Assembly (NCBI RefSeq): GCF_006345805.1
Contig: NC_043001.1
Coordinates: forward strand, 132,680,001-132,744,000
Source: Octopus sinensis
Taxonomy: Eukaryota
Reading direction: 5' to 3'
DNA: 64,000 nucleotides
Positions 25,830 through 40,181 of this stretch are shown one piece after another. The notes beneath the pieces are model-generated. The model saw only the letters and a program-made list of their open reading frames with translations, ran no database searches and was not told where the DNA came from. Position 1 is the first letter of the stretch, and every line of letters starts with the position of its first letter. A program made the translations under genes and the position numbers.

Positions 25830-26052
25830 AGCTGGTAGAAACGTTAGCACGCCGGGCGAAATTCGTAGCGGTATTTCGTCTGTCGTTACATTCCGAGTTC
25901 AAATTCCGCCGAGGTCGACTTTGCCTTTCATCCTTTCGGGGTCGATAGATTAAGTACCAGTAGCGCACTGGGGCCGATGTATTCGACTTAATCCCTTTGT
26001 CTGTCCTTGTTTGTCCCCTCTATGTTTAGCCCATTGTGGGTAGTAAAGAAAT
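25830..26052 (+). mobile_element. tRNA-derived SINE, family B
   Basis: Match to 17310-17534 and 43794-44024. Confidence 0.85.
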
Positions 26053-26989
26053 AAATATTATTTTATGTTGCCTCAGTTCACCTGACAGTTAAGAATAGGT
26101 TCTGGTTGATTTAGAAACATCACCTGTAAGAGGGAAGTATCTTATTCTCAGAGAAACTTATCTCTCATTACCTTTCTGCTATGAAATCCAAGCTAAGTAA
26201 CAGCCAGTGACTCAGGCGTCCCACTTGGCATAGCAGATATTTACATTATATACTTTAATTCAGCATGCATTTGTTAAATATCATAGTAATGTTTATATAA
26301 ATATCAGGCTTTTGCTTAATACCCTTAAAATTAGATCTAACATAAATGCAAAATGAAACCAAAAAATACCAGATAATTAACTTAATTTCTTTTATATACA
26401 ATGTTGTGGAAAGAATCAAAAACAGTGAAAATATTAGGTGTTAAAAATGAATATTTATGTCTATTATAGCTTATGAAAAGGCATTGAAACAATAAAAATT
26501 ATATACAATAGGGCAAACACAAGGGAAAACAATGTATATAGGATATTGATTATATTTTAAACAAAATACAACAAAAAGAAACTGAGAAAAGGAAAGCTAT
26601 TTTACCCATTGCTTTATAAATGAAAGAAGAATAGAAAAGTTTATCATATTGTTATAAAATAAAGAGACATAATGTACAAAGTTAAGAATTCTTTTCAACT
26701 TAGTAATCAATACTTTACAATTTACCACACATAATGAAAATTTATCTTAAAATCTAAACAGTGTTTAGAAATGGAACAAATAACATTAATTTCATGATGA
26801 TATCAATGTCAGGTAAAATAAGCAAAATAGCAAGGGGAAAAACAAAGGATTATATGTGAAACATGATGATTGGGAAGCTATTCAACTGAGCAATAAATTG
26901 ACAATATATAAAAGGAACTAAAGAAAAACATCCTCTTGGAAATTAAGTAGGCATAAAACAAATGTGCAAAATGTTAAAGGGGAAGAATT

Positions 26990-27025
26990 ATACATACAAA
27001 TACATAGTACAATGTATATATATAT

Positions 27026-27058
<33 letters not shown>

Positions 27059-27075
27059 TATACACACACCACCTA

Positions 27076-27135
<60 letters not shown>

Positions 27136-27304
27136 TATTACATATACACACACACACCTACGCATATATATATATTATATATATATATATCAAACATCAT
27201 ATATATATACTTTACATATATCATACATCAATATAAATATGTATACACATACACACATATACATAATAATACACAATAAATGTAAATATGTATATGCATG
27301 TGTG

Positions 27305-27338
<34 letters not shown>

Positions 27339-27770
27339 ATATATAAATATATATATATAATATATATATAATATATAGATAGTATATATATATATATATA
27401 TATAATATATATATCTATATATATATACACACACACATATACACCAATAAATAAATAAATATATATATATACATGCTTGCACATACACACACACATACAC
27501 ATACATATATCATACATCAATAAATGTATATACACACACATATGTATACACACATATACATATATATATCATACACATATGCATAAATATATATATATAT
27601 ACACTCACATGTAAACATAGTATACATGCACAGATTTATATACATGTGTATATATAAGTATATATATATATATATAAATACACCTACACACACACACATG
27701 CACAAATACATACATATGTGTGTGTACATATATGTGTATGTATATACATGCATATATGTGTGCATGCATC
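26990..27770. repeat. Compound (TA)n/(CA)n low-complexity tract
   Basis: Direct reading. Confidence 0.9.
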
Positions 27771-28639
27771 TGTATCATTCCTGAATTCTTTTTATACGTA
27801 TGCCTTGCTTGTGTGTATATCAGTCTAAAATAAAGTGTGAAAGGAGAATAATAAAGATATATATTCCTTCCCACTCCTAACAAAACAAAAAAAATAATAA
27901 TAATCACTTGAAACATTTATGAGTCAGTTGTAGTTTGAAGATTGGAACATTCTAGATCTTCAATAATGTTAAAAAAAATAAACCCCAAAAAGTGAAAGAA
28001 AGAAAAGGAAACAAAACAAGAAAGAAAAGAAGGAACATTGTAGATATCCAAAAAATCTTTATTGCAATCAGTTTCTTATTAAAAATTAAAACTAAAAAAA
28101 AATTACAAAGCAAAAACAGAGTGGGAGGTGAGGTAAATAGAAACCAATAATAGAAACCGTTCGAGCTTGTCTATTAAAGCTGATTATTTGCCAACAAGAA
28201 AGACAATAATGAAAAGGGGATTATCCTATAAAAAAATAATTATCCGACTCCAATGAAATAATAGTTATGAAATGTGACAATTATCAAGATATGATCAACT
28301 AGAGTAGTTAGAAAGATGAAAAAAAAAACATGAAGTGAAAATATATTGTGTTCTTTTGTTGTTGCTGTTATTTTAATTTTTTTTTATTGTCATTTTTTTT
28401 TTATAATAATTAATTTCATGTTGACTGAATGCAAACACAAATGTAATTCTACACAATAGTTCTTAATCTGCTCAGATCTGGGGGTTTTCTATGATATTCT
28501 TTTGTAAGTAAATCATTTATTGTGGTTCTAGCATTCCATTTTATTTCGGAAAGTTTCTGTTTGTTTCTTTGTTTTTGGATTTTTGTTTTGATTTCTCTTT
28601 GCATATTGTTTGTTTTTTAAGTTTATTATTATCCTTATC

Positions 28640-28875
28640 CTTGTTGCTATTATTACTATTATTATTATTATCATTATTATTATTATTAATTATTATTATA
28701 TTATTATTATATTATTATCATTATTATTATTATTATTATTATTATCATCATTATTATTAATTATTATCATCATTATTATTATTATTAATTATCATCATCA
28801 TCATTATTATTATTATTATCATCATTATTATTATTATTTAATTATTATTATTATTATATTATTATATTATTATTT
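28640..28875. repeat. (ATT/ATC)n microsatellite
   Basis: Direct reading. Confidence 0.9.
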
Positions 28876-29259
28876 TTCTTTGTATACCACTTTTCCTTAG
28901 AAAATGGTGCTGCCAGCAAGTCAGCTTTATAACTTTCTATTGAGGCATTTTAATTATTGGATATTTATATTATTACATTCTTTTGTTTATATATGTAAAA
29001 ATTGTATAATTATATAAACAAAAATCTGTTTGTTTGTATGCATGTATATATATGCATATATATATCCTCATACATGTATATATATTATACACATCCCTAT
29101 ATTATACATAAATATATATTTTATATATATATATATATATCCTTATTACATGTAAAATATATATTATACATGTATAAGGATATATATATATATATATCCT
29201 TATACATATATAATATATATTATACACATCTATATATTATATAAAATATGTATATATAG

Positions 29260-29317
<58 letters not shown>

Positions 29318-29664
29318 ATATATATATATATTTAAATACATATATATATTATTATATATATTGATGTATGTATGTATGTATGTATGTATGTATGTATGTA
29401 TGTATGTATGTAGTATGTATAGTGTAAAGATAATAAACATAAAATGAACAATACAGGAAGAACAAAGTTTGACAAATATGGTATTAGTTTAACGCTTATG
29501 AGATGGAAGCATTTAATAATTATCTCATTTCATTTTCTTACTTTCTTTTATTGTTTATATTGAATGTATATATATATAATTTCCATCAGAGAACCATTTT
29601 AATAATTATCGAATTTTATTTTCTATACATTCTTTTGTTAATTTTCATATATATATATATATAT

Positions 29665-29708
<44 letters not shown>

Positions 29709-30494
29709 TCATCAAGCATGTGTCTTTATGTCTGTTGAAGAGAAATATATGCATACAATACATCATGTTTGTTAATAGATTATGCATATACATACACATG
29801 CTCATAAATATATATACATAGATTTATCTACTTGCAATACCACTTCAAACCATCTAGAGTTAAAATGATATTAAATAGTATACATACAGAAATACATACA
29901 TGCACACATATACATATTAATGTATACTCATAAAATACATGCCTACATCTATTATATATATATATATATGTTTGATTGTAGATGGTATAGAAGCAAAATA
30001 AAAGGGGAAACATGTAATAAATAAAGGCTACATATCTAAACTGGATAATGTAATAATTTTATCTTATTATCTTATATCAGATTCCATTAACACAAACCCT
30101 GAATGCCCTCATGGCAATATGTAAATGCATTTTAATGTGCCAATATAGACCAAAATTAGGAATATCAATTTCAACCCAGGCAACCAGTCATGAAATATAA
30201 ATAGCAACTGATGTCAGTCTCTCTCAAGCTTCTGTATATCTCTTTAGTACATACATACATATAACACATATAATCATTTCTACCCTTAAACATACATATA
30301 TAACTAAATACAGTTTATTTCTGAGCTTAACTGTCCATATGAACATAGACCACTTATCAATAATCACCTGAGTTTTAATAAGTTTTATTAAAAGTAATGA
30401 GTCGCATAAAGAATGTTCTGTTTCATAGGGAGACATACACAATATCAACAACAAATAAAAACAATAATAACAGCAATAACAATAATCATAATGG

Positions 30495-30937
30495 TTTCAA
30501 ATTTTGGGCACAAGGCCATTAAGTCTGGTGGGGGGGGGTTAGCCAATTACATCAATCCCAGTACTCAACTAGTTCTTATTCTACTACCCCAAAATGTTGA
30601 AAGGCAAAGTTGACCTCAGCAGAATTTGAACTCAGAATGTAGATACTGATAAAATGTCACTAAGCATTTTGCTCAGCATGCTAATGATTCTGCCAATTCA
30701 TTGCTTAATAATATAACAACAACAACAACAATAAGAAATAGAAGAATCATTTATGAAATTTTAGGGGAGGGGACTCTTTGATTATATCGACCTCAATGCC
30801 CAACTGGTATTTATTTTATTAATACCAAAAAGATGAAAGGCAAAGTTGACCTTGGTGGAATTTGAACTCAGAATGAAAAGACAGGAGAACTGTCACTAGG
30901 CATTTTGACCTGTGTGCTAAAGAGTCTTCCAGCTTAC
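30495..30937 (-). mobile_element. Two decayed family-B-like SINE copies (30495-30706, 30770-30937)
   Basis: Both contain GAAAGGCAAAGTTGACCT...GAATTTGAACTCAGAATG. Confidence 0.65.
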
Positions 30938-30947
30938 CATTCTAATA

Positions 30948-31353
30948 CTCTTTTACTCTTTTACTTGTTTCAGTCATTTGACTGTGGCCATGCTGGAGCA
31001 CCGCTTTTAGTCGGGCAACTCGATACCGAGACTTATTCTTTGTAAGCCCAGTACTTATTCTATCGGTCCCTTTTGCCGAACCGCTAAGTGACGGGGACAT
31101 AAACACACCAACATCGGTTGTCAAGCAATGCTAGGAGGACAAACACAGACACACAAACACACACACATATATATATATATACATATATACAACAGGCTTC
31201 TTTCAGTTTCCGTCTACCAAATCCACTCACAAGGCATTGGTCCACCCGGGGCTATAGCAGAAGACACTTGCCCAAGATGCCACGCAGTGGGACTGTACCC
31301 GGAACCATGTGGTTGGTTAGCAAGCTACTTACCACACAGCCACTCCCGTGCCT
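30948..31353 (-). mobile_element. tRNA-derived SINE, family A
   Basis: Full-length family match. Confidence 0.9.
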
Positions 31354-31464
31354 AATAATAATTTTTTTTTCTACAATAGGCACATGGCAGAATTTGACCA
31401 CCAAGTTGACCTTGGTGGAATTTGAACTCAGAAAATGTCGCTATGCATTTTGTCCAGTATGCTA

Positions 31465-31707
31465 ATGTCTCCATATTTATCAACCTTTTGTCTTTCTTTC
31501 ATAATGATATGTCGCTCTCCTGGCACTGTCACGTCAATTATTAGGCACTCTTGTTTGTCCCTCCTAAAGGTTACTATATCTGGCCTTTGGTGCTTTAATA
31601 CCTTGTCTGACTGAAAGTCACAGTCTCAGAGGATTTTTGCCTTCCCCTTTTCATCCATTACCTTTTCTAGTGTATGTTGGTACCAAGCACCCGTAACCTC
31701 ATATCCA
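31465..31707 (-). mobile_element. Fragment of an R4/Dong-like non-LTR element: restriction-like (PD-D/ExK) endonuclease domain
   Basis: Minus frame: WYQHTLEKVMDEKGKAKIL*DCDFQSDKVLKHQRPDIVTFRRDKQECLIIDVTVPGERHIIMKERQKVDKYGD, with the RPD...D..VP...K..KY catalytic pattern. Abuts an (AAT)n tract. Confidence 0.75.
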
Positions 31708-31744
<37 letters not shown>

Positions 31745-32395
31745 CATTATTATTATTATTGTTATTATTATTATTATTATTGAGGTGTACTCGCATGGCG
31801 AATGTTTTGAGCTGAGACGATGTGTTGAAACTAAAACGATTGCAGCCTAGAAAACATATTAGCCATTCAGAAACACACAAAGTCGTGACTTCACGTTTAT
31901 CATTTGTAATATGGTGTCCAAATTTTCGTAACTCAAAACTCCATCACTGTCAACTTTCTTTTTGTTGCTATCATCATTGTTGTTTCTAACATAAGCTTAC
32001 ATCTATTAGTTCTAATTTAGAATCAAGTTGAAGGTCGTGAGCTGGCAGTAATGTCAGCATGCCAGGCAAAATGCATAGTGGCAGTTCTTCTGGTTTCACA
32101 TTCTGAGTTCAAATTCCACTGAGGTTAACTTTGCCTTCTGGAATCAATATAATAAGTACCAGTAGTGTAGTGGGATTGATAATAATTGACTATCACCCCC
32201 CCCCCCTCTGCAGTTTTCAGGCCTTATGCTTGAAACAGACAGAAATTTAGATTCAAGTCAATGTTTTTGAGAAGAGGATGTTCTTAATCAACATTATCAA
32301 TGTTAGTACTTAACTGGTACTTTATTTTATCGACTCAGTAAAAAGTTGAAAGGCACAGTTGATTCAGGCAGGATTTTAACCCAGAAATATAGAAT

Positions 32396-33163
32396 AGCAA
32401 ATCTAAATATCATAAAGCTATAATGGAAGTTGCAGAGGAGGATATTCGGCATATTTTGCTTTATGAGTTGAAGAAAGGCAACAATGCAATGGAAAGTGCA
32501 AGGAATATTAATGCAGTATATGGGGATCAGACAATAAGTGAAAACCAGTGTCAACAGTGGTTCCAGAAATTCTGAGCCAGAAACTACAGCCTAGAAGATG
32601 AACCGCATCCTGGAAGATCTGTAGAACTCGACGAGGATGTCCTGCAAACCTTAGTGGAACAAAATCCCATCGTAACTGTTTAGGAAGTAGCAGAGAAGTT
32701 TGGATTTGGTCATTCAACAAGTCATTCAAGTCAGCACTAGAAAGAAAATGATCATCTTTGGTTTCAAGACAAAAGGTGTTCTTCCATCAGGATAATGCTT
32801 GGCCACATACAGTAAGGATTACATTCCAAAGGCAGGGGCAGTTTGAATGAAAAACAATGTCCCATACACCATATTTGCTAGACATAGCCCAATCTTATTA
32901 TCATTTATTCTGCAGTCTTCAAAATCATTTAGATTGAAAAAATATGAATTCTGTAGACGAGGTCAGAACAGTACTGGAGGAGTATTTTTCATCACGGACA
33001 AGTGAATTTTGGAAGAGGGGCCTTGCAAGTCTACCAGATAGATGGAAAATCATTGTAGAAAATGAAGGAGAGTATATTTTAGATTAAAAAAGAACTTTGT
33101 TTGCCCTAATTTTGAAAAATAAAAGAAGTATAAAAAAACTGCATTATTTATGGGATGACCCAA
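32396..33163 (+). mobile_element. Decayed mariner (Tc1/mariner) element with internal deletion
   Basis: ATG at 32423 gives MEVAEEDIRHILLYELKKGNNAMESARNINAVYGDQTISENQCQQWFQKF* (mariner HTH). After a deletion near 32720: FHQDNAWPH...HLFCSLQNHL...RGLASLPDRWKIIVENEGEYILD* (ends 33087). Right TIR ...TTTATGGGATGACCCAA followed by TA; left TIR not found. Confidence 0.85.
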
Positions 33164-33249
33164 TAATTAGGAATTGTATAAAAAGAAATTGTTAAAATAT
33201 TTCATATACTATAGAAGTATAAGCAATTTATTGCACATAAATTTTAACA

Positions 33250-33312
33250 ACAAAATCTTGTATGGACTGCCCCCACCCCAAGGGCCATATGGCCCCCAGT
33301 TAAGAACCACTG
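33250..33312. mobile_element. Possible hAT/Charlie-type MITE terminus
   Basis: GGCCCCCAGTTAAGAACCACTG, whose reverse complement CAGTGGTTCTTAAC resembles hAT TIRs; partner end not found. Confidence 0.35.
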
Positions 33313-33882
33313 GTTCAATCACAATAAAGTGTCCAAGAAGGCAGACAAAGAAAGAGACAACGTAAATATCAGGATATAAGGATAAAGGTTAAAAAATAAA
33401 GGTTGTGAAATTATGAAAGTAAAGACGAAGTGACAAAATGAGAATGTGGTAGAGAGGGTAGGGTATAATGGGTAGTAATAGAAGAAGACAATGGTAAGAA
33501 TGAATGACACATTTCAAGAGAATCTAGCCAGATGGAGAGAGAGTGATGACTGGCAACACAGGAAGTGTAATGGTGTGATGTACTGTCTTCCCTGGTTAGG
33601 TTGGTGAAACAGTGCAGTGAATAGAAAACAGGGTGAGTGGAGAGAGGGAGTAAATGAAGGTGGGGGTGAGTGATGGAAAGATGAGTGCTGTTGAGATGAG
33701 TGATAATGAAACAAGAAGGTATCAAAAATGGAAGAGGCAACAGATGCAGACTTGAGAGGAACATCTTGGAGAAGAAAACAAGATGTATGCATACACACAC
33801 AGATGTATATATTCAAATCTCTCCATATTTATATATGCATAAAAATATACATACACATGCATGCATGCATTCATACATACAT

Positions 33883-33920
<38 letters not shown>

Positions 33921-33973
33921 TCACACACACATACATACATATATACATACATACATACATAAATACATACATA

Positions 33974-36900
33974 CATCATCATCATCATCATCGTCGTTTA
34001 ACGTCCGTTCTCCATGCTAGCATGGGTTGGACGTTCGACCACGGGTTCTGGGAAGCCAGAAGGCTGCACCAGGCTCCAGTCTAATTTGGCAATGTTTCTA
34101 CAGCTGGATGCCCTTCCTAACGCCAACCACTCCGTGAGTGTAGTGGGTGCTTTTTACGTGCCACCTGCCAGGTGCCAGGCGGGGCTGGCAACGGCCACGG
34201 TCAGATTGGTGTATTTTTATGTGCCACCGGCACGGAAGCCAGGCGAGGCGGTGCTGGCATCGGCCACGAGTCGGATAGTGCTTTTTTACGTACCACCAGA
34301 CCAGGGATCCTGGCTGGTTCAATTCGATTTCGATTTCGCTTGCCCCAACATGTTCTTCACAAGCAAGGGGGTTGGCAAGGGTGCCTGTCGTATCGGTCGC
34401 ATTGGAGTATTTTTACGTGCCACGGCACGAGTCGGATAGTGCTTTACGTACCACCAGACCAGGGATACTGGCTGGTTCAATTCGATTTCGATTTCGCTGC
34501 CCCAACATCTTCACAAGCAAAGGGGGTTGGCAAGGGTGTCTGTCGTACGGTCGCATTGGAGTATTTTTACGTGCCACGGCCGAGTCGGATAGTGCTTTAC
34601 GTACCACCAGACCAGGGATCCTGGCTGGTTCAATTCGATTTCGATTTCGCTTGCCCCAACATGTCTTCACAAGCAAAGGGGGTTGGCATGGGTGCCTGTC
34701 GTACGGTCGCATTGGAGTATTTTTACGTGCCACGGCCCCGAGTCGGATAGTGCTTTACGTACCACCAGGCCAGGGATCCTGGCTGGTTCAATTCGGTTTC
34801 GATTTCGATTTCGATTTCGCTTGCCCCAACATGTCTTCGCAAGCATGGGGGGTTGGGATGTGTCCTGTCGTCGGATGAGGTTCTATATCGACTTCGCTTG
34901 CCTCACCGGTCTTTTGTCCAAGGAGGAAAGGCATTCATAAGTGGGCTGGGCTCACTTGTCCTGCCTGGTCTTCTCACGTACAGAATATTTCCAAAGGTCT
35001 CGGTCTCTGGTCATTTCCTCAGTGAGGCCTAAAGTTCGAAGGTCGTGCTTCACCACCTCGTCCCAGGTTTTCCTGGGTCTACCTCTTCCACGGGTTCCCT
35101 CAACTGCTAGGGATTGGCACTTTCTCACACACCTATCTTCATCCATTCTCGCCACATGACCATACCAGCGCAATCGTCTCTCTTGCACACCACAACTGAT
35201 GCTTCTTAGGTACAACATTTCTCTCAAGGTGCTAACGCTCTGTCGAGTATGTACACTGACATTACACATCCATCGGAGCATACTGCTTTCATTCCTCACG
35301 AGCTTACGCATGTCTCAGCAGTCACAGCCCATGTTTCGCTGCCATGTAGCATGGCTTTCGTACACACGCATCATACAGTCTGCCTTTTACTCTGAGCGAG
35401 AGGCCTTTAGTCACCAGCAGAGGTAAGAGCTCCCTAAACTTTGCCCAGGCTATTCTTATTCTAGCAGTTACACTTTCAGCGCACCACCCCCCACTACTGA
35501 CTTGGTCACCTAGATAAGGAAGCTATCAACTACTTCTAGTTTTTCCCCTGGAAAGTGACGGAAGTTGTTTTCTGCAGATTTTCGGAGGTTAATGCTCCCG
35601 AGCATCTGCCACATACAAAAACTATCTTCCCAGTTAGCCTACCTTTGACATTGCTGCACCTCTTATGTGTCCATAGCTTACACTGGGTACATCTTATAGA
35701 GTTTCTACCTACACCTTTCTACAGATCGAGCAGGGCATCTTCCTGAAGATATTTGTGGATTGTCTACCTTTCTACTTATTAGTACTTTGGTTTTAGCTAG
35801 GTTGACTCTAAGGCCCCTTGATTCTAAACCCTCCTTCCACACCTGGAACTTCTCCTCCAGTTCTGATAGTGACTCAGCATAAGAGCAAGGTCGTCAGCGT
35901 AGAGGAGCTCCCAGGGACAGCCTGTCTTGAATTCCTCCGTAATTGCCTGGAGTACTATGATAAATAGGAGGGGGCTGAGTACTGAACCCTGGTGGACCCC
36001 AACCTCTACTTTGAATTCTTCTGTGTACATGTTGCCAACCCTAACCTTACTTATGGCATCTCTGTACATGGCTTGCACAGTCCTCACCAGCCATTCATCT
36101 ATCCCTAGTTTCCTCATTGACCACCAGATAAGGGATCGGGGGACCCTATCAAAAGCTTTCTCCATGTCAACGAAAGCTAGGTACAGGGGCTTATCTTTGG
36201 CTAGGTATTCTCCTGCAGCTGCCTTACCAGGAATATAGCATCAGTGGTACTTTTTCCTGCACGAACCCAAACTGCATCTCATCTAAACTAACTCTCTCTC
36301 TATTAGTTGGGCTATGACCCTCTCCGTAACCTTCATTACTTGATCCAACAGCTTGATACCTCTGTAATTATTTGTATCTAGGGCATCACCTTTACCTTTG
36401 TAGCAGTTGACTAGTATGCTGCTGCACCAGTCATGGGTATGACTCCTTCGTGTATCACCTGGTTGACTATACGGGTGACTAGGTATAGCCGACACTGCCA
36501 GATATTTTGAGCATCTCTGCAGTAATTCCTGATGGGCCTGGGGCTTTCCCTGTCTTCATGCTTCTAATTGCCTTAGCTACCACGGAACTATCAACTCGGA
36601 TAGCTGGTCCCTCTGTAGGGTCAACATTCGGCAGACTCTCTTTATCATTCATTCCTCATTCCTCATTCAGTAACTTTCATAGTGGCGTCTCCAAGCTTCT
36701 CTCTTTGCATCCTCATTTAGCGCAAGTGAACCATCCTCCATGCGAACACATTTCTCTCCCTACCACATCACGATTCTCTCTCACACACTGTCTTGCAACA
36801 CGAAATACCTCAAGTCTTTCATCCTCACGGCGCAGGACATTGGCAAATTTTCTCTTATCTGCTTCCCCTCTGGCTAGATAGACCTGTCTCCTAGCTTCCC

Positions 36901-37060
36901 TTCTGGCAGTCTGATACCCTTCCCTGCTACCACCGTTCTTCCAGGCCTTCCAAGCCTGTTTCTTTTGTCTAATAGCCCTGTCAACAATATTGTTCCACCA
37001 CCACGTTATTTTGGGTCTTAAGGGGACTTTGCACCAGCCACAGATCTGGTCAGCGGCTTT
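33974..37060 (-). mobile_element. 5'-truncated RTE-clade LINE (RT ORF with indels, PHD finger, repeat-rich 3' UTR, (GAT)n tail)
   Basis: Frame-shifted ORF pieces: WWWNNIVDRAIRQKK, KAPGPSG, NYRGIKLLDQVMKV, QFGFV, AFVDMEKAFDRVPR, GVHQGSVLSPLLF, LLYADDL, RRLRWYGHVARM...RGRGRPRKTW; stop at 34952; tail CGTTAAACGACGATGATGATG. Confidence 0.92.
34146..34860. repeat. Tandem repeats in the LINE 3' UTR (~65-bp units, then ~3.7 x ~157-bp units)
   Basis: CGAGTCGGATAGTGCTTT recurs at ~34267, ~34427, ~34581 and ~34739. Confidence 0.9.
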
Positions 37061-37537
37061 CATACATACATACATAAATACACAAATACATACATACATA
37101 CATACATACATAAATACATAAATACATACATACATACATACATAAATACACAATACATACATACATACATACATACATACAAAAATACATAAATACATAC
37201 ATACATACATACATACATACATACATAAATACATACATACATACATACATAAATACATACATACATACATACATAAATACACAAATACATACATACATAC
37301 ATACATACATAATACATAAATACATACATACATACAATAAATACATAAATACATACATACATACATACAAAAATACATAATACTACATACAATACACTAC
37401 ATACATATACATACATACATACATACATACATACATACATAAATACATACATACATACATACATAAATACATACATACATACATACATACATACATACAT
37501 ACACCACACTACATACATACATACTACATACACACAT

Positions 37538-37568
<31 letters not shown>

Positions 37569-39615
37569 TACATACATACATACATACATACATCACACAA
37601 CACACACACATACATACATACATACATACATACATACATACACACCATACCACATACATACATACATACATACACACATACATACATACATAATACATAC
37701 ATACATACATACATACATACACACATACATACAAAACATACATACATACCACATACATACATACATACACACATACATACATACATACATACATACATAC
37801 ATACAACACACACACATACATACATAATACATACATACACCACACATACATACATACATACATACATACATACATACATACATACATACATACATACACA
37901 CTACATACTACATACATACATACACACATACATACACACACACACACATACATACATACATACATACATACACACAACATACAGCATCCATACACACATA
38001 CATACATACATACATCATACTACATACACACATACATACATACATACATACATACATACATACATACATACATACACACACACCACACATACATACATAC
38101 ATACTACATACAATACACACACATACATACATACATACATACACACATACATACATACATACATACATACACAACACATACATACATACATACATACATC
38201 ATACATACATACATACATACCACACACTACATACATACATACATACATACATACTACACACACATACATACATACATACATACATACACACATACATACT
38301 ACATACATACTACATACATACATACGTACATACACACATACATACATACATACATACATACATACACACATACATACATACATACACACATACATACATA
38401 CATACATACATACATACATACATACATACACACATACAAAAATACATACATACATACACACATACATACATACATACATACATACATACACACACATACA
38501 TACATACATACATACATACACACACACATACATACATACATACATACATACATACATACATACATACATACATACATACATACATGCTTGTACTGACGAG
38601 TTATGTTTCATCTTCCGTGATGTTATACATGTATATTCTATGTGAAAGAAAAAGCATTATGTGATTAAATGTTCGAGATATGAAATGTTACGTGGATGAC
38701 CTTGTATTTGTTTGTTCTGCAACCATAGTTTAATACATACATACACACACACACACATACATACATACATACATACATACACACATACATACATACATAC
38801 ACACATACATACATACATACATACATACATACATACACACATACATACATACATACATACATACATACATACATACATACATACACACACACACATACAT
38901 ACATACATACATACATACACATACACCACACATACATACACATACATACATACATAACACATACATACATACATACATACATACATACATACATACACAC
39001 ATACATACATACATACATACATACATACATACATACATACACACATACATACATACATACATACATACATACATACACACACATACATACATACATAACA
39101 TACATACACACATACATACATACATACATACATACATACATACATACGTACATACACACATACATACATACATACATACATACATACACACATACATACA
39201 TACATACACACATACATACATACATACATACATACATACATACATACATACCACATACAAAAATACATACATACATACACACATACATACATACATACAT
39301 ACATACATACACCACACACATACATACATACATACATACATACAACACACACACATACATACATACATACATACATACATACATACATACATACACATAC
39401 ATACATACATGCTTGTACTGACGAGTTATGTTTCATCTTCCGTGATGTTATACATGTATATTCTATGTGAAAGAAAAAGCATTATGTGATTAAATGTTCG
39501 AGATATGAAATGTTACGTGGATGACCTTGTATTTGTTTGTTCTGCAACCATAGTTTAATACATACATACATACATACATACATACATACATACATACATA
39601 CATACACACACACAC
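37061..39615. repeat. 2.5-kb (CATA)n microsatellite containing two identical ~152-bp unique islands
   Basis: CATGCTTGTACTGACGAG...CAACCATAGTTTAAT at ~38583-38734 and ~39407-39558. Confidence 0.9.
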
Positions 39616-40019
39616 AATACCATTATTCAGGAAAAAGACTGTCCTGAAATAAATATAGAGAATCCCCCTGTTATTGAATACATACACAAATATCAGCACA
39701 AGGAATACTGGAAGAACATTCCACATACATAGGAATAAAAAATTCTAGGTAGTTTACAGAATAGTATATTATTTACATAAAAAAAAGTAAAGTCAGAAGA
39801 AAAATGAAGGTATTGTTCCTTATTTTATTTATATACGAACATAAAAAGCCTTCAAATTTTCCAAGGAAATTAAATGAAACAGAAAAGAAATGAAGTGATA
39901 AAAATAACATATTTATGTCGTTATATAAGAATATATCTTAAATGTAATGATGTAAGTATATTATTTTATTACAGCTCTTTTCATTTCCTTGGAAAATCTG
40001 AAGATTTTTATTTTTCTCT

Positions 40020-40181
40020 ATCATCATCATCATCATTTAGCGTCCGTTTTCCATGCTAGCATGGGTTGGACGGTTCAACTGGGGTCTGTGAAGCCGGAAG
40101 ACTTCATCAGGCCCAGTCAGATCTGGCAGTGTTTCTATGGCTGGATGCCCTTCCTAATGCCAACCACTCCGTGAGTGTAGG
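40020..40181 (-). mobile_element. RTE LINE 3'-tail copy
   Basis: Match to 33974-34145. Confidence 0.85.

Noticed and set aside
34265-34860. Repetitive ORFs 34172-34750 / 34372-34878 suggesting a repeat protein
   Set aside because: They are open frames across the tandem 3'-UTR repeat, antisense to the LINE, and shift frame between units.
38590-38660. CTGACGAG hammerhead core in the duplicated island
   Set aside because: No downstream GAAA-stem III-NUH arrangement or stem I/II pairing could be built.
36713-39726. Long ORFs up to 315 aa (MYVCMYVC...)
   Set aside because: They are translations of (CATA)n; only the last ~115 aa of 36713-37378 belong to the LINE.
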